A stretch of DNA of 64,000 nt from Oceanicaulis sp. (GTDB lineage: Bacteria; Pseudomonadota; Alphaproteobacteria; Caulobacterales; Maricaulaceae). The stretch is taken from contig CBDDJM010000001.1 of assembly GCA_965229795.1 (NCBI GenBank), forward strand, positions 958,630-1,022,629. The letters run 5' to 3'. Positions 60,823 through 64,000 of the stretch are shown in pieces. Position numbers and translations under genes: made by a program. A model generated the notes under the pieces. It did not search any database and was not told the origin of the DNA. It was given only the letters and a program-made list of their open reading frames with translations. The first letter of the stretch is position 1. Every line of letters begins with the position of its first letter.

Positions 60823-62376
60823 ATGGCTCGCCGTTTCCTAACTGCCCTGACTGCCAGCGTGGCCAGCATCGCGCTGTCCGGCTGCCTGATCGTTGATGTC
60901 GAAACGCGAGAGCGCGCGCCGGCTGCGACCGCAAGCCCGGCTGCGGCGACCTACTCGCCCGGCAGCTTTAACGGCCCCGGCGCGGACTGGCGCACACTGG
61001 CAGAAAGCGAGCTGGCCGATCGGCTTAACCGCCCACGCCGTGAGGGCCGGGCGCACAATGTGATCCTGTTTGTTGCCGACGGCATGAATGTCTCCACCAT
61101 CACCGCAGCGCGCATCCTTGATGCCCAGAACCGGGGCAATCCGGGCGAGGAAAACTACCTGCCGTTTGAGACCTGGGGTCATTCAGCGCTGATCAAGACC
61201 TATAACGAGAACGCTCAAGTCCCTGACAGCGCCGGAACCGCAACCGCGCTCCACACCGGCGTCAAAACCGATATTGGTGCGATTTCCACCTATGCCGGCC
61301 AGGGAGTGGCCGCTTGTGGTGAGGCCGCTGAGGTGCCAGCCACCACGCTGGAGCGCGCCCATGCGCGCGGCATGTCCACCGGCCTGGTGACCACCACCCG
61401 CCTTACCCACGCCACGCCAGCCTCTGCCTATGCCCACCTGCCCAGCCGGGACTGGGAGAGCGATACCGCCCTGCCGCCTTATGCGGTCGAAGCGGGCTGC
61501 CGCGACCTGGCTGAACAGCTGATCGATACCTGGTTTGTCGAAGGCGGTCCTGTGGACGTGGCGCTTGGCGGTGGCCGCGGAGCGTTTGTGGGCGAAGACC
61601 GGGGCGGTCAGCGCCAGGACGGACGCGATCTGGCTGAAGAATGGGACATCCTCGGTGGCTCCTATGTGGAGAATGCCGCTGAGTTCCGCGCTCTGGACCC
61701 CAATGGCGAGGAGCCGGTGCTTGGCCTCTTTTCGCGCTCGCACATGTCCTACACGCTCGATCGCGATGATGCAGAGCAGCCCTCGCTGGCCGAGATGACC
61801 GCGTTTGCCATTGAGCGCCTGTCGCAAAACGAAGAGGGCTACTACCTGCTGGTGGAAGCAGGCCGCGTTGACCACGCCCACCATGGCACCAATGCCGCGC
61901 GCGCCCTGACCGATGCCATCGCCTTTGCCGAAGCGGTCGCTCGCGCTGACGAGATGACCGACGCGGATGAAACCCTGATCATCGTGACGGCCGACCACGG
62001 CCACGTGTTCAACATCGCCGGCTATCCGCGTCGCGGAAACCCGATCCTGGGCCTCGTCCATCCGCCAGCCCCCGATGGCAGCGATGATCCGACCCCGCCG
62101 TCACCGGCGCAAGATGGCCGCCCCTACACCACGCTTGGCTACTACACCGGCGGCGTGCAGCGCGGCGATGAAACCCTGACGCAGGAGCAGGTTCTGGACC
62201 CGAATTACCGCCAGCAGTCAGCCGTTCCCATGGGTTCTGAAACCCACTCAGGCGAAGATGTGGCGGCGTTCGCTCGCGGCCCGTGGGCGCATCTGGTCGA
62301 TGGCACCATGGAGCAGCACACCCTCAACCGTATCATCACCTGGGCCTATGGCTGGGACGCGGAAGACGACGAGTAA
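60823..62376 (+). CDS. alkaline phosphatase (PhoA family) lipoprotein
   Basis: 517-aa ORF with lipobox LSGC, FVADGMNVST (metal-binding Asp), the active-site serine in PDSAGTATALHTG, and the later VEAGRVDHAHH and TADHGH metal ligands. Confidence 0.88.
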   Translation: MARRFLTALTASVASIALSGCLIVDVETRERAPAATASPAAATYSPGSFNGPGADWRTLAESELADRLNRPRREGRAHNVILFVADGMNVSTITAARILDAQNRGNPGEENYLPFETWGHSALIKTYNENAQVPDSAGTATALHTGVKTDIGAISTYAGQGVAACGEAAEVPATTLERAHARGMSTGLVTTTRLTHATPASAYAHLPSRDWESDTALPPYAVEAGCRDLAEQLIDTWFVEGGPVDVALGGGRGAFVGEDRGGQRQDGRDLAEEWDILGGSYVENAAEFRALDPNGEEPVLGLFSRSHMSYTLDRDDAEQPSLAEMTAFAIERLSQNEEGYYLLVEAGRVDHAHHGTNAARALTDAIAFAEAVARADEMTDADETLIIVTADHGHVFNIAGYPRRGNPILGLVHPPAPDGSDDPTPPSPAQDGRPYTTLGYYTGGVQRGDETLTQEQVLDPNYRQQSAVPMGSETHSGEDVAAFARGPWAHLVDGTMEQHTLNRIITWAYGWDAEDDE

Positions 62377-62389
62377 CGCGCTCTGCTTG

Positions 62390-62507
62390 CACCTGTCCCG
62401 GCCAAGGCCCTGGGTCGCAGAGCTAAGGATCACCTGAGTGCGCCACGGTGATCATCACTATGCACGAGCCGTTGATCCCGGATCGCCTGCGGCGTCTGGG
62501 ACAGGTG
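62390..62507. repeat. MITE-like element, family 2, copy b
   Basis: Terminal inverted repeats CACCTGTCCCGG and TCTGGGACAGGTG. The right arm TTGATCCCGGATCGCCTGCGGCGTCTGGGACAGG parallels CGATCCCGGATCGCCGCTTCGCGGGTCCGGGACAGG in copy a. Confidence 0.65.
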
Positions 62508-62530
62508 GAAGCAGCCCTGTCCTCACAAAC

Positions 62531-62564
62531 AAAAACCCCGGCCGTTTGGCCGGGGTTTTCTTTT
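62531..62564. terminator. bidirectional rho-independent terminator between the alkaline phosphatase and thiolase genes
   Basis: AAAAACCCCGGCC-GTTT-GGCCGGGGTTTTCTTTT. The perfect stem has A-rich and T-rich flanks. Confidence 0.85.
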
Positions 62565-62588
62565 ACAGAGCTTGTCTAGCGGGCTCTC

Positions 62589-63791
62589 TTAAAGCACCTC
62601 AAACAGACCCGCTGCGCCCATACCGCCGCCGACGCACATGGTGCAGACGACGTATTTGGCACCGCGGCGCTTACCTTCGATGAGGGCGTGGCCCACCATG
62701 CGGGCACCCGACATGCCATAGGGGTGACCGACCGAGATCGCGCCGCCATTGACGTTGAGATTCTCGTTCGGGATGCCCAGCTTGTCGCGGCAGTAGAGCA
62801 CCTGCACGGCGAAGGCCTCGTTGAGCTCCCACAGGCCGATATCGTCCATAGTCAGGCCGTTGGCCTTGAGAAGCTTTGGCACGGCGTGTATCGGGCCAAT
62901 CCCCATCTCATCGGGATCAAGACCGGCCACGGCAATGCCGCGATAGGCCCCCAGCGGCTCCAGCCCGCGCTTTTCAGCTTCCTTGCCTTCCATCAGTACC
63001 GAGGCCGACGCACCATCTGACAGCTGGGAGGCATTGCCGGCTGTAATGAACTTGCCCTGCTTGACGGTCATGCCGTTGGCAAAGACCGGGTTGAGCGCTT
63101 CAAGATTCTCAAGCGTGGTGGAAGGGCGGTTGCCCTCGTCCTTGTCCAGCGTGACGTCCTGTTTGGAGATTTCGCCGGTGGCCTTGTCCTTGACCAGCAT
63201 GGTGCTCGGCATCGGCACGATCTCGTCGTCAAACTTGCCCGCAGCCTGCGCCGCCGCTGTGCGCTGCTGGGATTGCAGAGCGTATTCGTCCTGCGCCTCG
63301 CGGCTGACGCCATAGCGTTCGGCCACGATTTCAGCGGTTTCCAACATGGACATGTACAGGTCCGGGCGATGCTCGTTAATCCACGGATCAAAGGCCTTGT
63401 GGATATTCATGTGCTCGTTTTGAACCAGCGAAATCGACTCAAGGCCGCCGCCGACCGTGACCGACATGCCGTCAGAAATGATCTGCTTGGCCGCAGTCGC
63501 AATAGCCATCATGCCCGAGGCACACTGGCGGTCGATGCTCATTCCGGACACCGAAGTGGGCAGACCTGCGCGGATGGCGGCCTGGCGACCCACATTCTGA
63601 AAGGTTGAGCCCTGCTGCATGGCTGCGCCAATGACGACGTCATCAATCTCGGCCGGGTCGATCTTGGCCCGCTGGACCGCATGCTCAATGGCATGGCCGC
63701 CCAGCGCCTGGGCCTGAGTGTCGTTGAACGCACCGCGATAAGCCTTGCCAATCGGGGTACGCGCGGTGGAGACGATCAGTGCTTCACGCAT
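62589..63791 (-). CDS. acetyl-CoA C-acyltransferase (thiolase)
   Basis: 400-aa ORF with the active-site Cys in [29 protein letters not shown] and CVGGGMG at the C-terminus. Confidence 0.92.
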   Translation of the reverse strand: MREALIVSTARTPIGKAYRGAFNDTQAQALGGHAIEHAVQRAKIDPAEIDDVVIGAAMQQGSTFQNVGRQAAIRAGLPTSVSGMSIDRQCASGMMAIATAAKQIISDGMSVTVGGGLESISLVQNEHMNIHKAFDPWINEHRPDLYMSMLETAEIVAERYGVSREAQDEYALQSQQRTAAAQAAGKFDDEIVPMPSTMLVKDKATGEISKQDVTLDKDEGNRPSTTLENLEALNPVFANGMTVKQGKFITAGNASQLSDGASASVLMEGKEAEKRGLEPLGAYRGIAVAGLDPDEMGIGPIHAVPKLLKANGLTMDDIGLWELNEAFAVQVLYCRDKLGIPNENLNVNGGAISVGHPYGMSGARMVGHALIEGKRRGAKYVVCTMCVGGGMGAAGLFEVL

Positions 63792-63831
63792 GGGAAGCTC
63801 CTTTTAAAACTGAAGGGGTCTTGTGAGGGTT

Positions 63832-64000
63832 AGCCGAGCGAAAGATCGAAATGCTTGGCCGCATACTGGAGGAATTTGAAGGTCTGGCTGGAGCCTTCTT
63901 CATAGGGTTCCTGGCCGTCAGGCGACGTGATTTTGTCAAGATTAGCCAGAACATTTTCCGCTGTCTGCTCTTCTGGTGGCAGATAGACGCCTGGCGTTTC
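63832..64000 (-). CDS. 3' end of an unidentified CDS (5' part outside window)
   Basis: The minus-strand frame is open to the window edge and ends ...PDGQEPYEEGSSQTFKFLQYAAKHFDLSLG-stop, 40 nt upstream of the thiolase start. A fatty-acid-oxidation partner is possible but not supported by motifs. Confidence 0.4.

Overview
This is a high-GC chromosomal segment that looks alphaproteobacterial. The evidence is GcrA, GANTC sites upstream of gcrA, the order phoR-pstC-pstA-pstB-phoU-phoB without pstS, an argD/hslO neighbourhood, and a long-form dCTP deaminase. Most of the window is densely packed core metabolism and housekeeping: lgt, prs, rplY, pth, ychF, rlmJ, katG, apaG, trkH, hslO, argD, gcrA and the Pho/Pst locus. 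It also carries an OMF-MFP-RND efflux operon, an M13 peptidase, an alkaline phosphatase and a thiolase. No rRNA, CRISPR array, transposase or integrase was seen. The region worth a second look is an accessory-looking patch at about 24.7-32.4 kb, centred on a tRNA-Gly(CCC). On the tRNA 3' side, directly downstream of katG, lies a tightly packed four-gene operon. It encodes two uncharacterized proteins that share colinear motifs, an unusually large cytoplasmic DyP-type peroxidase, and a membrane-anchored cytochrome P450 with no redox partner. On the other side of the tRNA lies an AT-richer gene pair: a single-pass TPR-like membrane protein and an overlapping small beta-rich protein. Two families of MITE/REP-like palindromic repeats are scattered through intergenic regions, and one degenerate copy abuts the start of the DyP/P450 operon. 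Other items include a canonical Pho box upstream of pstC, a frameshifted serine hydrolase, a degenerate receiver domain in a hybrid kinase, and a processive GT2 with an overlapping tiny membrane ORF. Protein family calls come from motif recognition by eye in the supplied translations; no database search or composition calculation was run. Coordinates of short sites, repeats, hairpins and the tRNA were read from the printed sequence and may be off by 1 nt.
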